Virus record (IMG/VR): IMGVR_UViG_3300032782_000005
Location: 15,485 to 79,484 of that record
Length of the DNA: 64,000 nt
DNA from: a virus
Strand: one strand, 5' to 3'
The stretch's first letter is position 1; each line of letters starts with the position of its first letter. Of the stretch, positions 39,100 through 49,774 are shown piece after piece. The notes beneath the pieces are model-generated. The model saw only the letters and a program-made list of their open reading frames with translations. It searched no databases and was not told the origin of the DNA. The position numbers were made by a program, and so were the translations under genes.

Positions 39100-40473
39100 A
39101 TGCGACAGCGCCATGACCTGTCGCCGTTTGGTGTGGCATTCGCAAGCGGCGGCAAGCCGCTGCTCCAGCCGTCCGACTTTACCTATCTCGGCTCCTATCC
39201 CGTAGCCGGCGGGGGCGGCGTCGGCAACGGGTTGGGGTCGGGCAATGGGTTGGTGCTGCGCTACGTCGGTGGGCAGTTGCGGTTTCTGACGCAGGCGTAC
39301 AACGGCGGTGCTTACGATCTCGTGGAGTTCACGCTGCCGGGCTCCTTCGGCACGTATATCAATAGTCGCGTCACGCGCTGGGCCGGGGCGGGACTGTGGG
39401 CAAAAACGCCTGACAACCAATCTCCGCGAGCGGCGACAGGTTTATTCTGGGACCCGAACACGGCGGGGCTTCTGTGGAGCGTCTGGGGGCCGGACTATCC
39501 CAGCAGCACTTACCACGAGAATGACCCGAGCAATAACAACTACTACTGGTCTGTGCAGACCCGGCAATTGACGGACGGCAACCCCGGCACGGTCTCCGGG
39601 TTGACTGGCCTGTTCGGCTTCACCGGGATCAATAGCCGCTTCGTCAAGGGCGGCGTTCAGCCCGTGCCGTCCTGGGTGCAGACGCAGTACGGCGTCGGGC
39701 CTTACGCCTACGGCTGGGGCGGCTACCAATCGACGAAGACGGTCGGCCCGGTCTCTTTTGGTCTGGCGATGCTGCTGGGCAAGGCCATCACGACTTACAG
39801 CAATCCCAACACTCTGATTCCGACGGTCGACTTCAAGATCGCCGCGGATCACCGTGCGGCGGCCATAACAGGCGACTGGTACACGAACCCCGGCAGTCCG
39901 TCTCAACTGGACCGAGGCCAGCGGGCGTCGGACGTATTGAATTACTTCAACGATCCCAGCTATCCGAGCAACCCGGCGACGTTCCCGGCCGGCTACGGCA
40001 ATCCTCACACCGGCTCGCAATGGCTTTCCCCGGCTCCCGATGGGCAGGGGCGTTGGGTGGATGGCGACAACTACTGGTCCACGGGCGTCAGCATCGACGG
40101 CCCGAACAAGCAGGGGTTCTTGGCGGTCGGCTGGACCAGCACGGGCAAGGCGTATTACGCCGGCTCGACCATCAATTTTGACGGCAAACATGCCGAGCTG
40201 CATTGCTTCGATTGGAACATGTTGGGCAAGGCGGCGACGGGACAACTCAACCCGTGGAACGTGCAGCCGTCGTGGGCGAAGCTTCTGGACGCCGACCTGA
40301 AACCGCTGGGGCCGCAAGTGCTGACGGCCGGCTACCAGAGTGGGCTGGGTGGACCTGGAACAGGGGTCGGGGCTGCGGTATTCGACCCGACGACGAAGCG
40401 GCTGTACGCGTGGATTCCGGCGGCGCAGACCAGCGGGGATTGCGCCTTGGCGTGCTACTCCGTGAACTGCTGA
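39100..40473 (+). CDS. Putative receptor-binding or virion protein (beta-propeller-like)
   Basis: Rich in G/Y/W/N; DFTYLGS start; FDPTTKRLY end. Confidence 0.5.
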   Translation: MRQRHDLSPFGVAFASGGKPLLQPSDFTYLGSYPVAGGGGVGNGLGSGNGLVLRYVGGQLRFLTQAYNGGAYDLVEFTLPGSFGTYINSRVTRWAGAGLWAKTPDNQSPRAATGLFWDPNTAGLLWSVWGPDYPSSTYHENDPSNNNYYWSVQTRQLTDGNPGTVSGLTGLFGFTGINSRFVKGGVQPVPSWVQTQYGVGPYAYGWGGYQSTKTVGPVSFGLAMLLGKAITTYSNPNTLIPTVDFKIAADHRAAAITGDWYTNPGSPSQLDRGQRASDVLNYFNDPSYPSNPATFPAGYGNPHTGSQWLSPAPDGQGRWVDGDNYWSTGVSIDGPNKQGFLAVGWTSTGKAYYAGSTINFDGKHAELHCFDWNMLGKAATGQLNPWNVQPSWAKLLDADLKPLGPQVLTAGYQSGLGGPGTGVGAAVFDPTTKRLYAWIPAAQTSGDCALACYSVNC

Positions 40474-40479
40474 GGCAGC

Positions 40480-42378
40480 ATGGGCTTTCCGGGAACAGGT
40501 CCGTTCGCGCACAAGGGGGCGGCGTCCTCTAACACGAACAACGTCACGACGGCCGGCATCGACACGACCGGGGCCGATCTTTTGATCTGCCTTGTGGCGA
40601 CATACATCGGAGGCCCTTCGCCGACGTTGACGGATTCGGTCGGCGGCAACAGCAATAGCTGGACAAAGTACGGCGAACACACTGGCGGCGGCGGCAACGA
40701 CGCGGGCCGCATCACGATATTTTACTGCCAGGCCCCGGCCCACGTCGGCTCGGGGCACACGTTCACGGCGACCTCTACAGGCGGCTACCCGGCGATCAAC
40801 GTGCAGGCGTGGACGGGCAGTGCATCAACTCCTGCGGACGGAACCAACGGGGCGACGGGCGCTGGCATCACGTCGCTGGCCACGGGCAACGTGTCGCCGA
40901 CTCAGGACGGCGATTTATTGGTGTCCGGCTGCTGCATCGGCAGCAGTCTGGCTCCCACGTCCATCGACAGCGGCTTTACCTACATCACCGCCGATAAGAT
41001 CACGAACGCCGGAAACAACGAGGGCTTGGGCGGGGCGTGGCTGGTGCAAGGGGCGCATGCAACGGTCAATCCGACATGGAGTTTCAGCACCGCAAATCAG
41101 GTCGCTGTGAACGTGGCGGCGTTCAAGGGATCGCCAGCGGCAAGCAGTTCTTCCGTTTTGAGCAGCAGTTCGTCGATTAGGGCGTCCCCGTCATCCTCGC
41201 CATCTTCGTCCCTTTCGGTCGCGCCGCCGTCCTCAAGTCCTTCGCCATCCGCCAGCGTCCTTCCATCAAGTAGCCCTTCCAGCGCATTGCCGTCCGCATC
41301 ACCAAGCCCATCGAGCAGCATTGCGGTTTCGCCGTCGCCAAGCGCTTCCCCAAGTCCATCCAGCAGCGGGCCATCCTTAACAAGCCCAGCCATTGCGCCG
41401 TCGAGCAGTCCAAGCCCATCGCCTTCTCCGTCGAGCCCTTCTCCTTCTGCGAGCGCTTCGCCCAGCGCAGCGAAGAGTCCGTCAGCATCGCCATCAGTCA
41501 GTCCTTCGTCGTCGCCATCGACTAGTCCGTCGGTCAGCGCATCCGTATCAACTTCAGCGTCTCTAAATCCGTCTGTGAGCGCCGCGCCGTCCGTTTCTTC
41601 CTCGTCGTCGCTGAGCAGTTCCCTGATCGTCTCGGCGAGTCCCCGGGTCAGTTCATCGTCGCCTAGTCCATCATCGAGCCTCGGTCCATCTGCGTCGGCC
41701 AGCGCATCTCCGAGCAAGAGCGTGGCGCCATCTTCCTCAGCGAGTCTGTCGTCATCCCTGTTCGTGGCCCCATCTGTTTCATCCAGCAGTGGACCGTCTC
41801 CGTCCGTCTCGATCAGCGCCTCTGTCGCATCCTCACGCGCCCCGAGCAGCCTGTCGTCAATTATCTCAATCTCATCGAGTGTTTCGCCAAGTGCGTCGGT
41901 CAGCCCATCGGCCAGCGCCTCGGCTTCACCCTCAGTCTCGTCGGCTAAAAGCCCGTCAGCGAGTCCATTCGCCTCGTCGTCGCCGTCTGTCGTGGCATCG
42001 TCCGGCTCTCCATCACCGTTTTCCAGCAAGATAAGCCCGTCGAGCAGCCTGAGCAGCATCTTCGCCGTCCCAAGTTCATCGCTGCTGTCGAGCCTGAGTC
42101 CGTTCAGCCTTAGCATTTCCTCGCTGAGTCCGTCTCCGCGCTCGTCGCCATCTATTTCCCCAAGCAGTCGGTCGCCGGCCTCGCTCCCCTCGATCTCACC
42201 TGTCTCATCCTCAGCCGCCTCGGCGTCGAGCGCGCAGCCCGTGATCCTCATTGGAGCCCTCGTTCTGGATAAGCTATATTTCGATTCTGTCGTGGTGGAC
42301 CATGGGAAGTTCGAGACGCCGGTGCTCGACAAGGCGGCGTTCGTCTCGACCATTGTTGACAGGGCCAAACTACCCTAA
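40480..42378 (+). CDS. Mucin-like virion protein: beta-rich head, ~360 aa Ser/Pro stalk, short C-terminal domain
   Basis: S/P/A/V low-complexity tract at ~41140-42240 with diverse Ser codons. Confidence 0.75.
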   Translation: MGFPGTGPFAHKGAASSNTNNVTTAGIDTTGADLLICLVATYIGGPSPTLTDSVGGNSNSWTKYGEHTGGGGNDAGRITIFYCQAPAHVGSGHTFTATSTGGYPAINVQAWTGSASTPADGTNGATGAGITSLATGNVSPTQDGDLLVSGCCIGSSLAPTSIDSGFTYITADKITNAGNNEGLGGAWLVQGAHATVNPTWSFSTANQVAVNVAAFKGSPAASSSSVLSSSSSIRASPSSSPSSSLSVAPPSSSPSPSASVLPSSSPSSALPSASPSPSSSIAVSPSPSASPSPSSSGPSLTSPAIAPSSSPSPSPSPSSPSPSASASPSAAKSPSASPSVSPSSSPSTSPSVSASVSTSASLNPSVSAAPSVSSSSSLSSSLIVSASPRVSSSSPSPSSSLGPSASASASPSKSVAPSSSASLSSSLFVAPSVSSSSGPSPSVSISASVASSRAPSSLSSIISISSSVSPSASVSPSASASASPSVSSAKSPSASPFASSSPSVVASSGSPSPFSSKISPSSSLSSIFAVPSSSLLSSLSPFSLSISSLSPSPRSSPSISPSSRSPASLPSISPVSSSAASASSAQPVILIGALVLDKLYFDSVVVDHGKFETPVLDKAAFVSTIVDRAKLP

Positions 42379-42406
42379 AGGGGCACAATAGCTATCTCAC
42401 AATTTC

Positions 42407-42428
42407 CTACTGGTAATTTTACCAGTAG
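42407..42428. repeat. 22-bp palindrome, copy 4
   Basis: CTACTGGTAATTTTACCAGTAG. Confidence 0.95.
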
Positions 42429-42441
42429 CGGAGAGAACCTT

Positions 42442-42756
42442 ATGCAAACGGGCGCAACTACAACAGGGCTAAGGGATTTCGCCATCGGCTCGGTCGAGAA
42501 ATTCGTGCTGTCGGTGGACCTGAACGGCCTGCCGAACAGTCTGGCGGGAGGGTCGGCGACGATCACGTTCGCTGACCCGGCGGCGAATCTTTATGGCCCA
42601 TTCGCGGCGAGCATCGTGGGGGATGATGCTCAGTATACGTTCATGATCATTGGGCCGTCGGGGGGATGGGCACGGAGTTGGACTTTCACGGATGCGAACG
42701 GAGTGCATCAGGTGTCCCTGCCCATACCTTTCGATGTTGTCAGCAGTCCGGTGTGA
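42442..42756 (+). CDS. Small Ig-like adaptor/structural protein
   Basis: All-beta pattern ending PIPFDV; follows the stalk protein. Confidence 0.5.
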   Translation: MQTGATTTGLRDFAIGSVEKFVLSVDLNGLPNSLAGGSATITFADPAANLYGPFAASIVGDDAQYTFMIIGPSGGWARSWTFTDANGVHQVSLPIPFDVVSSPV

Positions 42757-42829
42757 ATTTCCCTTGTTTTCCTGCGATTTTTGCCTAGAATCGTGCTTAG
42801 ACCGCTCAAGCAGCGGATCGGAGGTTCCT

Positions 42830-43021
42830 GTGGCGAAGCGCGACCGTGCGACCAACCTGAAATTGGCGGCCCAGATGCTTGGCAAGAGGGGCGGCAAGAA
42901 GGGCGGACCAGCCCGCGCCAGAATGCTGACACATGACGAAAGAGTCAAGATTGCCTCGGCGGGCGGCCATGCCAAGGCGGCACAGCACGGCGGCAAGAAA
43001 AAGGGAGATGCGGACAAATGA
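42830..43021 (+). CDS. Small basic protein with GGK-AR..LT..ER motif
   Basis: TAGAAT at 42786, GGAGG RBS, GTG start. Confidence 0.65.
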   Translation: MAKRDRATNLKLAAQMLGKRGGKKGGPARARMLTHDERVKIASAGGHAKAAQHGGKKKGDADK

Positions 43022-43353
43022 CGTTCGACGAGGAGAAGGAAGGCAAGATCGGCCTCAAGATATGGATGGAAAAGGCCGAACGAGAAATCTGCGAGAAGGC
43101 GGCGACGCTCGCCGGCCTTGACCTATGGGAGTGGGCCAAGAGGGAAATGCTGAGCGCAGCGCTGAGAACGTTCAAGCAGCCGGTTCTTTTTCCGGGCTGC
43201 GAGCCGGACAAGAACGCCGCAGCCATCGGCAGCGTGGGCGGCAAGCGCCGGGCCGAGAAGTTGACCGCCGAACAGAGAAGCGAAATCGCGCGGCTGGGCG
43301 GAAAGGCGCGGGCTGCTAAGAACGCTCAAGCAAACGGCAATTTTCCCCAATAG
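43018..43353 (+). CDS. RHH-like protein with the same basic motif
   Basis: AAAIGSVGGKRRAEKLTAEQRSEIARLGGKARA. Confidence 0.65.
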   Translation: MTFDEEKEGKIGLKIWMEKAEREICEKAATLAGLDLWEWAKREMLSAALRTFKQPVLFPGCEPDKNAAAIGSVGGKRRAEKLTAEQRSEIARLGGKARAAKNAQANGNFPQ

Positions 43354-43363
43354 GAGCGGACCC

Positions 43364-43660
43364 ATGCCCCCCAAAGTCGTCTACCACCTGCCCGCCGCGA
43401 CGGCCGCCCAACTCCGCGCCCTCGCTGAGCGCTGGGGCCAAGTGAGCGCCGGCGCCGTCATCTGCAACCTTGCCGCGGAAGCATGCGCGAGAGAAGGGAT
43501 AGACCTTCCCCCTGGTATCGTTCACAAGTCCGGGCGTCCCCGTATCCACCCTATCATTCCCCCCGAACTCCGGCGCCGGCCCGGCAGACCGCGCATCCGA
43601 CCGATTCCGACCGGTCCTAAGCGCCGTCCAGGGCGCCCGCGCAAACATCCGGCCGCATAG
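43364..43660 (+). CDS. RHH-like protein with three AT-hooks
   Basis: GRPR occurs three times, the last as KRRPGRPRK. Confidence 0.7.
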   Translation: MPPKVVYHLPAATAAQLRALAERWGQVSAGAVICNLAAEACAREGIDLPPGIVHKSGRPRIHPIIPPELRRRPGRPRIRPIPTGPKRRPGRPRKHPAA

Positions 43661-43895
43661 GTCGCAGATTGCACCATTTGCCCTAGGACGGCCGATCTGC
43701 CTTCAACCCGCCCTATCCCCCATCCGCTCGCCCCGTCAGCGTAGGAGCCAATTCCCGCTCTGTTCACTACTTCCACTGTACGCCACGTGAAGAATTGATG
43801 AAATCAAGAAAAACGCGGATTTTCATTGCAACCTTTCGGCCAGTTCGGCGTATATATAGGTGTAGACTCGCCCGCGACACACAAGAGGGACGGTC

Positions 43896-46800
43896 ATGCA
43901 GGCGGAAAGTAAAGATCGGGATGCCCGCCCGATCTTCCGTTGGCGTATGTACGTCATCGGGCGCCGCCTTGCATCGGTGACGTGGGCCGCAACGGCGGAC
44001 GAGGCAAGGCGGCGCTGCGAAGCGCGCGGCCTAAAAGTGGTCCGCATCGAACCGGCCGGCGGAATGTTGGACTAATGAGACTGACTCGCCCGCAAAGGGG
44101 AATGACCAATGGCCAATGCAACAATCGACCTGGCAACGCCGACGGAGGAAGTCGCACGCAGCGCCTACTTGACGTTGGCGCGACTTTGGCAAGCGGCGCG
44201 CGACCGCGCCCATGCGCGGGGCGAGCACTTGGAAGCGCTCACCTACGCCAATCGCGCCGCCGACGCAGCGTATCACGCTCACACAATTCGCCCGCTGTAC
44301 TGAGCACGAGTGGTCGCCCTGGAGGACTGAGACATGGCGCAGACGACGGAAAGGGTCATCGGATTGTGGCTGGATTGCGACAGTGGCGATGAGCCGGGCT
44401 GGATCGTGTCGGCCGACGAAGTGAATGAGGCACTGGAGACGCAGCACACCACCACACTGGCCGTCTACGGCGAGGACGAGGCGGATGAGGCGCGGGCGCA
44501 TGCCGTGCGGATCGGTCAAGAGCGCGGGCTGCGCGTGCTGGAGATGTCGGATGCGGCTGGCGGATTCCGCAATCGGGTCATTGACGCGCGGGGAAAAATC
44601 ATGGCGTTGAAACCTGGCGAACATTATGGCCTGCCCAATAGGGGCTGGCCGCCTTCCACGGTCTTTCGGGATACGGAGGGCAATTACTGGCTCTCCCGTC
44701 TGACAAAAGACCTGCGCTCCGAGCGACGCGAGCCGCTCACGAAGGAGCAGGCTGAGGCGCTGATAGAGGATGACGGTGACACGCCCTTGCAGCCAGCGAT
44801 CTGCTGCTATTGCGGCGGTAAGAATCCGGATGCGCCGGCCACAGGCTCATTCGCATGCTGGTGCTGCGGCCAAACCGTCACAATCGACCCGTCGTGACCG
44901 ACCACAGCAAGCGGCGCCCCGGACGTTCCGGGCGCCGCAAATGAAACGACCGGAGCGCCGCTTACGACGGCGCTCCGGTCTGAACAGCAAAGGAGTCAGC
45001 ACATGCAAGCTATCCTATCTGCCGCGCCCTGGATACCCCCGATTCTCCTTTCCGCCGGCGCCGCCCTCATGATCGGCCTGGCAATCGCCGCGGATCGTTG
45101 CGCCGCTGCCCTGTCCCGCAAGTGGGATGCGCGGCCCCAGTGGCGCGCCGAACAGCTCGCCCGAACTCGCCCCGGATGGACGCCGGCCTTTCCGCCCCCT
45201 CCGTCCAATCCCTTCCCCTGTCCCTGACCGCGACCTTCGCCCGCAAAGGAGCAAAACCATGGCTGATGCAGACTTCCGGCGGCGCTGGCAATTCTTTCTT
45301 GAACATGCCGGATACTGTACTCCTCCGGGGCGCGCCGCCTGCGCCCTGTCTCTCGCCCGTGCGGAACGGGACGCGGAGTTTCACGAACTGGCGTTTCGCT
45401 GGGAAGATGATGCGGACGGCTGGAGTGATATTCGATGCGACGAAAAGCGCTGGCCCGGCAAAGGTCCGCGCGAAACGTGCGAGAGTTGCGGATGCTACGA
45501 TCCGGACGGCGTTTACTTGACTGGACTCGGCGGAATATGGGATGCGGACGCCGATTACCGCCGAGTCATCCAGGCTCAACTCGCCCTTGAAGCGCTGGAC
45601 GAACTGGTTTTCACAATTGCCGAAACTGTCCCGCAAATCTGAACCCCGCTCGCCCGCAAGAGGATGCAGAACATGCCGCAACACAAACCGTTTCCGTACA
45701 CTTTGGACCCCGAGCAAATCCCCACGAAGAAAAACCTGGACATGACACGCGCCGATTATGAAGGCGGCCCGTGCGTGCGTTACTCCTGCCCGGATGCGTG
45801 CTGGAAAGAGCACGTGGACGCATGGGTCCGCGAGAGACGCAAGGGAAACAATACTTCCCCCTGTCCCGAGCCTTACGGCCATTGCATGTTCATTCGCCCC
45901 GTCGGCTATGGCATGGTTCCCTACGGATGCACCGATCCCGCGACAATCCGCGCTGCCTGGGAATCGCACGTCCGCGCCATGCTCTCGGGTGGATGGGACC
46001 GCGACGTGAGCAAGGAGCAACTGGACAAGATCATCAACGCCACGGTTGAAGCGAAAATGAACGGCAAGGACATAGGCGCTGCTCCCTTCATGGCATGCGT
46101 CATGGCAACAATCTAGGCCACGGCGCCGCGGACGGAACGATAACCGGCTTTCGACGGCCGGCGGCGCACTCGCCCGGAAAGGGGAAACGATCATGACGAA
46201 ACGGGAGTATGCGGCATACGTCGAACGGGTGGAATTCTATCTGAAAGGTCTGGAGTTCGTTTCGACCGGACCTTGCCCTGGATGCGAGGAATGCGCCGAA
46301 TTCTTTCCGGACGGACAGGACGGCGAATCGGTCTGCGAGCCGTGGTTTTCATGGTCGCCTTGCGAAATCTGCAATCGACCGCTCGGAGGGAACCGCGAAC
46401 CATGGCACGGAGTTCTGGACGGCGAAATCGTTCATGGTTCGTGCTGCGTCGATTGCGTTTACTTCCTCAATTATGGCCAACTGGACGATATGACGATGGA
46501 TGAAATCGAATCGTCCAACTAATCCGCCCTGGCAAAGGAGAAGCGATGATACTTCACCCACCATTCAAGATCGGCTCGCGCTTGCTGCCTTCCTTGGAAG
46601 TTGGGGGCGCATGGATTTCGTTGGAACACGTCGGATACAGCAACAGCGGGCGCGACGTGTTCCGATGGTACATAGACCTCGCGGACGGAACCGAGTACAG
46701 CGCTGCGGACCTACGCAGCGGCTGCCAAGGATGCACAACGCAAGAGGCTTTCGGGACGTTGCTGGCGTTCCTTGATGCCTACGCCGAAGCGATTGCCTGG

Positions 46801-48372
46801 AAAGAGCGGACCGGCCGCGACTCGGAAAACGCGGATATCTTTCCGCCTGGCATGCGGCAGTGGGCGCGCGAGAACGCGGACGAACTCGGGATGCTGCGGT
46901 TAGAGATTGAAGAATCCGGCGCCGTCCTAATGGAGGAATGACGATGGGCGCCCGCGCGGAAACATCATCAACCTTGGGATATCTGCTTATTCACGCGGAC
47001 AACTCCCACTACTGGGATGGGCAGACTTGGCGCCGGATATCCGGGCGCATCAATGGGGCGGAGTTCTTGGTGCGGACCCCCGTCGATCCGCTCACCAAAC
47101 TGTATTCCGACCAAAAGACCGCGACGGCGGCCGCGCTCACCCTGGCCAAGCAACGGGGCGAGCACGCGCGGCCTTGCAGACTGCGTTTTGTGTGTCAGTA
47201 ACTCGCCCGCAAAGGAGCAAAGACCAATGGCCGAAACAACCGCCTACGCTGCCGCAATCGCGGGAATCGCGCCCGACTTGTCCTACTCCGCCGAGTTCGT
47301 TCCGTGGAAACTGTCCCGGAACGCCGGAGAGAAATCGCCGTCCTTGAACTGGAAAATCACCCTGAAAACCCCGCGCGGTTCGCTCACAACGGACTACATG
47401 CAAGGAATTGGGCATTTGCCCGGATACAAGCATGGCCCCAAAAGCATCATGCAAGACGAACTGGAGCGCGTCGCCGCAGACTCGGGAAAGCTTCCGGGGC
47501 GCGGCGTGTTTGCCAAACCGCTCGCCGCGCCCGCCCTGGCCGACGTGCTCCATTCGCTGCTCCTTGACGCCGAAGCGCTGGACTCCGCGACCTTTGAAGA
47601 TTGGGCATGCGATCTCGGGTATGACACCGATTCCCGCAAGGCGGAATCCATCTATCGCGCGTGCCTTGCAATCGGCTTGAAACTGCGTCGGATGCTTGGC
47701 GACGAAACGATAGCAGCGCTCCGTGAAGCGCTGCGCGACCTGTAACCCATCCCCCCTTCGCCCGGAGGTAAACGAACGATGGCACACCGAACCTTCCCGA
47801 CTCTGAAAGTCATCGGCTGCGACATATTCGACGATGACGCAAATCCAATTGCGCACATCGACCCACAAGAGGAGCAACCCTCTCAGACCGTTGCGGCCTA
47901 TGCCAGACTATTCAGCGCCGCCCCGGAACTCCTCGCAGCGCTGCAAGCGCTGGCCAATGCGTGCCACGAAGCGCGAAAGCATCTCATTCTGGATGATGAC
48001 AAGAAAACAGTGGAGGCGCTGAAGTCAGCCCGCGCCGCAATCCGCAAGGCGACAGGAGAGTAACCCACAATCGCCGCACGGACCGCAACGCGCGGCCAGC
48101 TCGCCCGCACAAAGGAGCAAGCAATGCGAAGGTACACAACGGTCGGGAATGTTCGCGGTTCATGCGGCCATCACCACCAGACCATCGAGAGCGCCGTGCG
48201 CTGCATGCAGCGCGATCAGGCGGATTGTAAACGTCAAGGCGGTTATTCCGATCGCAATCTAATCGCCTTGGAGGACGGCCGGCGCGTCCCCTTGAAAGAG
48301 GCGGAATATCTGTATTCCGTCTCGGATGAATGCGACCGAAGAATCCATTCTCACAGACGCCGCCGCACCTAA
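43896..48372 (+). other. Array of 12 small early-type genes: 43896..44075, 44109..44303, 44334..44897, 45003..45227, 45259..45642, 45673..46116, 46193..46522, 46546..46941, 46938..47201, 47227..47745, 47779..48063, 48124..48372
   Basis: Strong RBSs; most genes are preceded by a YTCGCCCG-type leader motif. Confidence 0.7.
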
Positions 48373-48504
48373 CATGTTCTTGGAGCGCCGCACGGAAAGC
48401 AAACGTGCGGCGTTTCCATGCGCCAACCCGTCCAGGATGCCCTAGAATCGCCGATCGTCGCGCCGGCCGGTCTATCGTGCGTGCGAAGTGAGCGGCCCGT
48501 AGGC

Positions 48505-48724
48505 GCAAAGACCGGAAAATTCCTTCCCCTTCTAACTCTTCTCAAACTTCCCTCACTTCCCCAGCGCCGCAGCCGATGACCTCGGGAGCGCGCGGCGTGA
48601 ATTGACGGCAAAGACCGGAAAATCCTTTCACACTCTCCCCTCTTCCAAGTCTTCCATACCTTCCCGCGACGCGCCGGCGGAACGCGCGCGGACTTTATGC
48701 GCGCGAGGCGCGAAGAATTGACGG
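48505..48724. repeat. Direct repeats with CTTC-rich tracts of ~9-nt period (origin or pac candidate)
   Basis: GCAAAGACCGGAAAAT at 48505 and 48608; GAATTGACGG at 48599 and 48715. Confidence 0.6.
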
Positions 48725-48732
48725 GGCGAAGG

Positions 48733-49371
48733 ATGCGGCGTACATTCGACCGCATGGCCGCACATCTCACGCGCCGCGCCTGCGGTTTGGCTCGCTCGCG
48801 ATGGGGTGAGCGGGACACATTGTCCAACGTCACTGGTCGCGGTCCGGATCACCCAAAGACCATTCTCCGCGGCGTTCTTTCCTGGGGCCTCAACAGAGCG
48901 CAACTAGCTAAGGCAATGAGAGTTGCGGACGCGCTGCTTGACGATCCCGATCCGGCAATGCGAGCAATCGCCGTCAAGCTCCACATCGCCATTCACGAGC
49001 AAGACCGGCGGATTGCTCGTGACGAGGCCGATGTGGATCATGGCGCCGCCCGCCTACAGCTAGACGCCCATCTCGCAAGACTAGCAAGCGATTCAACTTA
49101 CGCCAACGCGATAGCTTCTCTCCCCGTCCCGCGCATTTCGCCCGAAACTGGACAGAGTGAGGGGGAAGAATCCGCTACTGGTAATTTTACCAGTGCGACC
49201 GCTGACGCCATAACTGTCTGTCCGCTCGGCGCTTGCGACGGCGGCGGATACGTCGTGAGTCCGGCCGGCGCCGTCCCGTGCGAATGTCAACGGCCGGAGC
49301 GCGGACAGAACGGTCCGGGTGGACGCGGGCGCATCGTCGGCGGACGGACTGGGGACGCCTACGAGCGCTAA
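48733..49371 (+). CDS. Hypothetical protein, possibly terminase small subunit
   Basis: Helical ORF upstream of the TerL operon; start uncertain; contains palindrome copy 5. Confidence 0.35.
   Translation: MRRTFDRMAAHLTRRACGLARSRWGERDTLSNVTGRGPDHPKTILRGVLSWGLNRAQLAKAMRVADALLDDPDPAMRAIAVKLHIAIHEQDRRIARDEADVDHGAARLQLDAHLARLASDSTYANAIASLPVPRISPETGQSEGEESATGNFTSATADAITVCPLGACDGGGYVVSPAGAVPCECQRPERGQNGPGGRGRIVGGRTGDAYER
49175..49196. repeat. 22-bp palindrome, copy 5 (20/22 match)
   Basis: CTACTGGTAATTTTACCAGTGC. Confidence 0.9.
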
Positions 49372-49447
49372 GGGCGGCGCGCAGGGCGAGATCGCCATAT
49401 AGCCTCCGCACCCATCCCTCCAAAACACACCAAAAATCAAATCGAAA

Positions 49448-49492
49448 ACCGCATCTGTTTATATTGACCGCATCGGTTTACGCGGATAGGAT
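49448..49492 (+). promoter_or_regulatory. Promoter with tandem operator repeats
   Basis: TTGACC-N17-TAGGAT; ACCGCATC(T/G)GTTTA at 49448 and 49467. Confidence 0.65.
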
Positions 49493-49522
49493 GACGTTGC
49501 CTGAATGGAGGAGTGTGAAGTC

Positions 49523-49774
49523 ATGGGGCGCAAGCCGTTGCCAGAAGGAAGCGCGAGGAAGCCAAGGACGGTGTGGTTAACGGACGCCGAAAATAGTTTC
49601 TTGATCGAGCGTCACGGCTCGCTTCGCGGGGCTGTACAGGCAATGTTGCCACCGCCCTCCACATCGACCAAAGTTCGCCAACCGGGCGACCGGCGATGCG
49701 ACAAATGCTTCGATCTGGACCTGCACTACAAGGGATGCCCCCAATGCCGCGAAAGAATGGGAGGGAAGTCATGA
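49523..49774 (+). CDS. RHH-like regulator with zinc finger
   Basis: GRKP..RTVWLTDAE; CDKC...CPQC. Confidence 0.6.
   Translation: MGRKPLPEGSARKPRTVWLTDAENSFLIERHGSLRGAVQAMLPPPSTSTKVRQPGDRRCDKCFDLDLHYKGCPQCRERMGGKS

Noticed and set aside
41097-42368. 423-aa minus-strand D/G/E/L-rich ORF
   Set aside because: It is the antisense shadow of the Ser/Pro tract, with no RBS or domain.
36241-47365. Weak ACTGGAAA matches to the palindrome (36241, 47349)
   Set aside because: They are half-sites only, with no symmetry.
43867-48117. CRISPR or guide-RNA array reading of the repeated leader
   Set aside because: The repeats are short, irregularly spaced and separated by whole genes; no cas or Nop-domain gene was seen.
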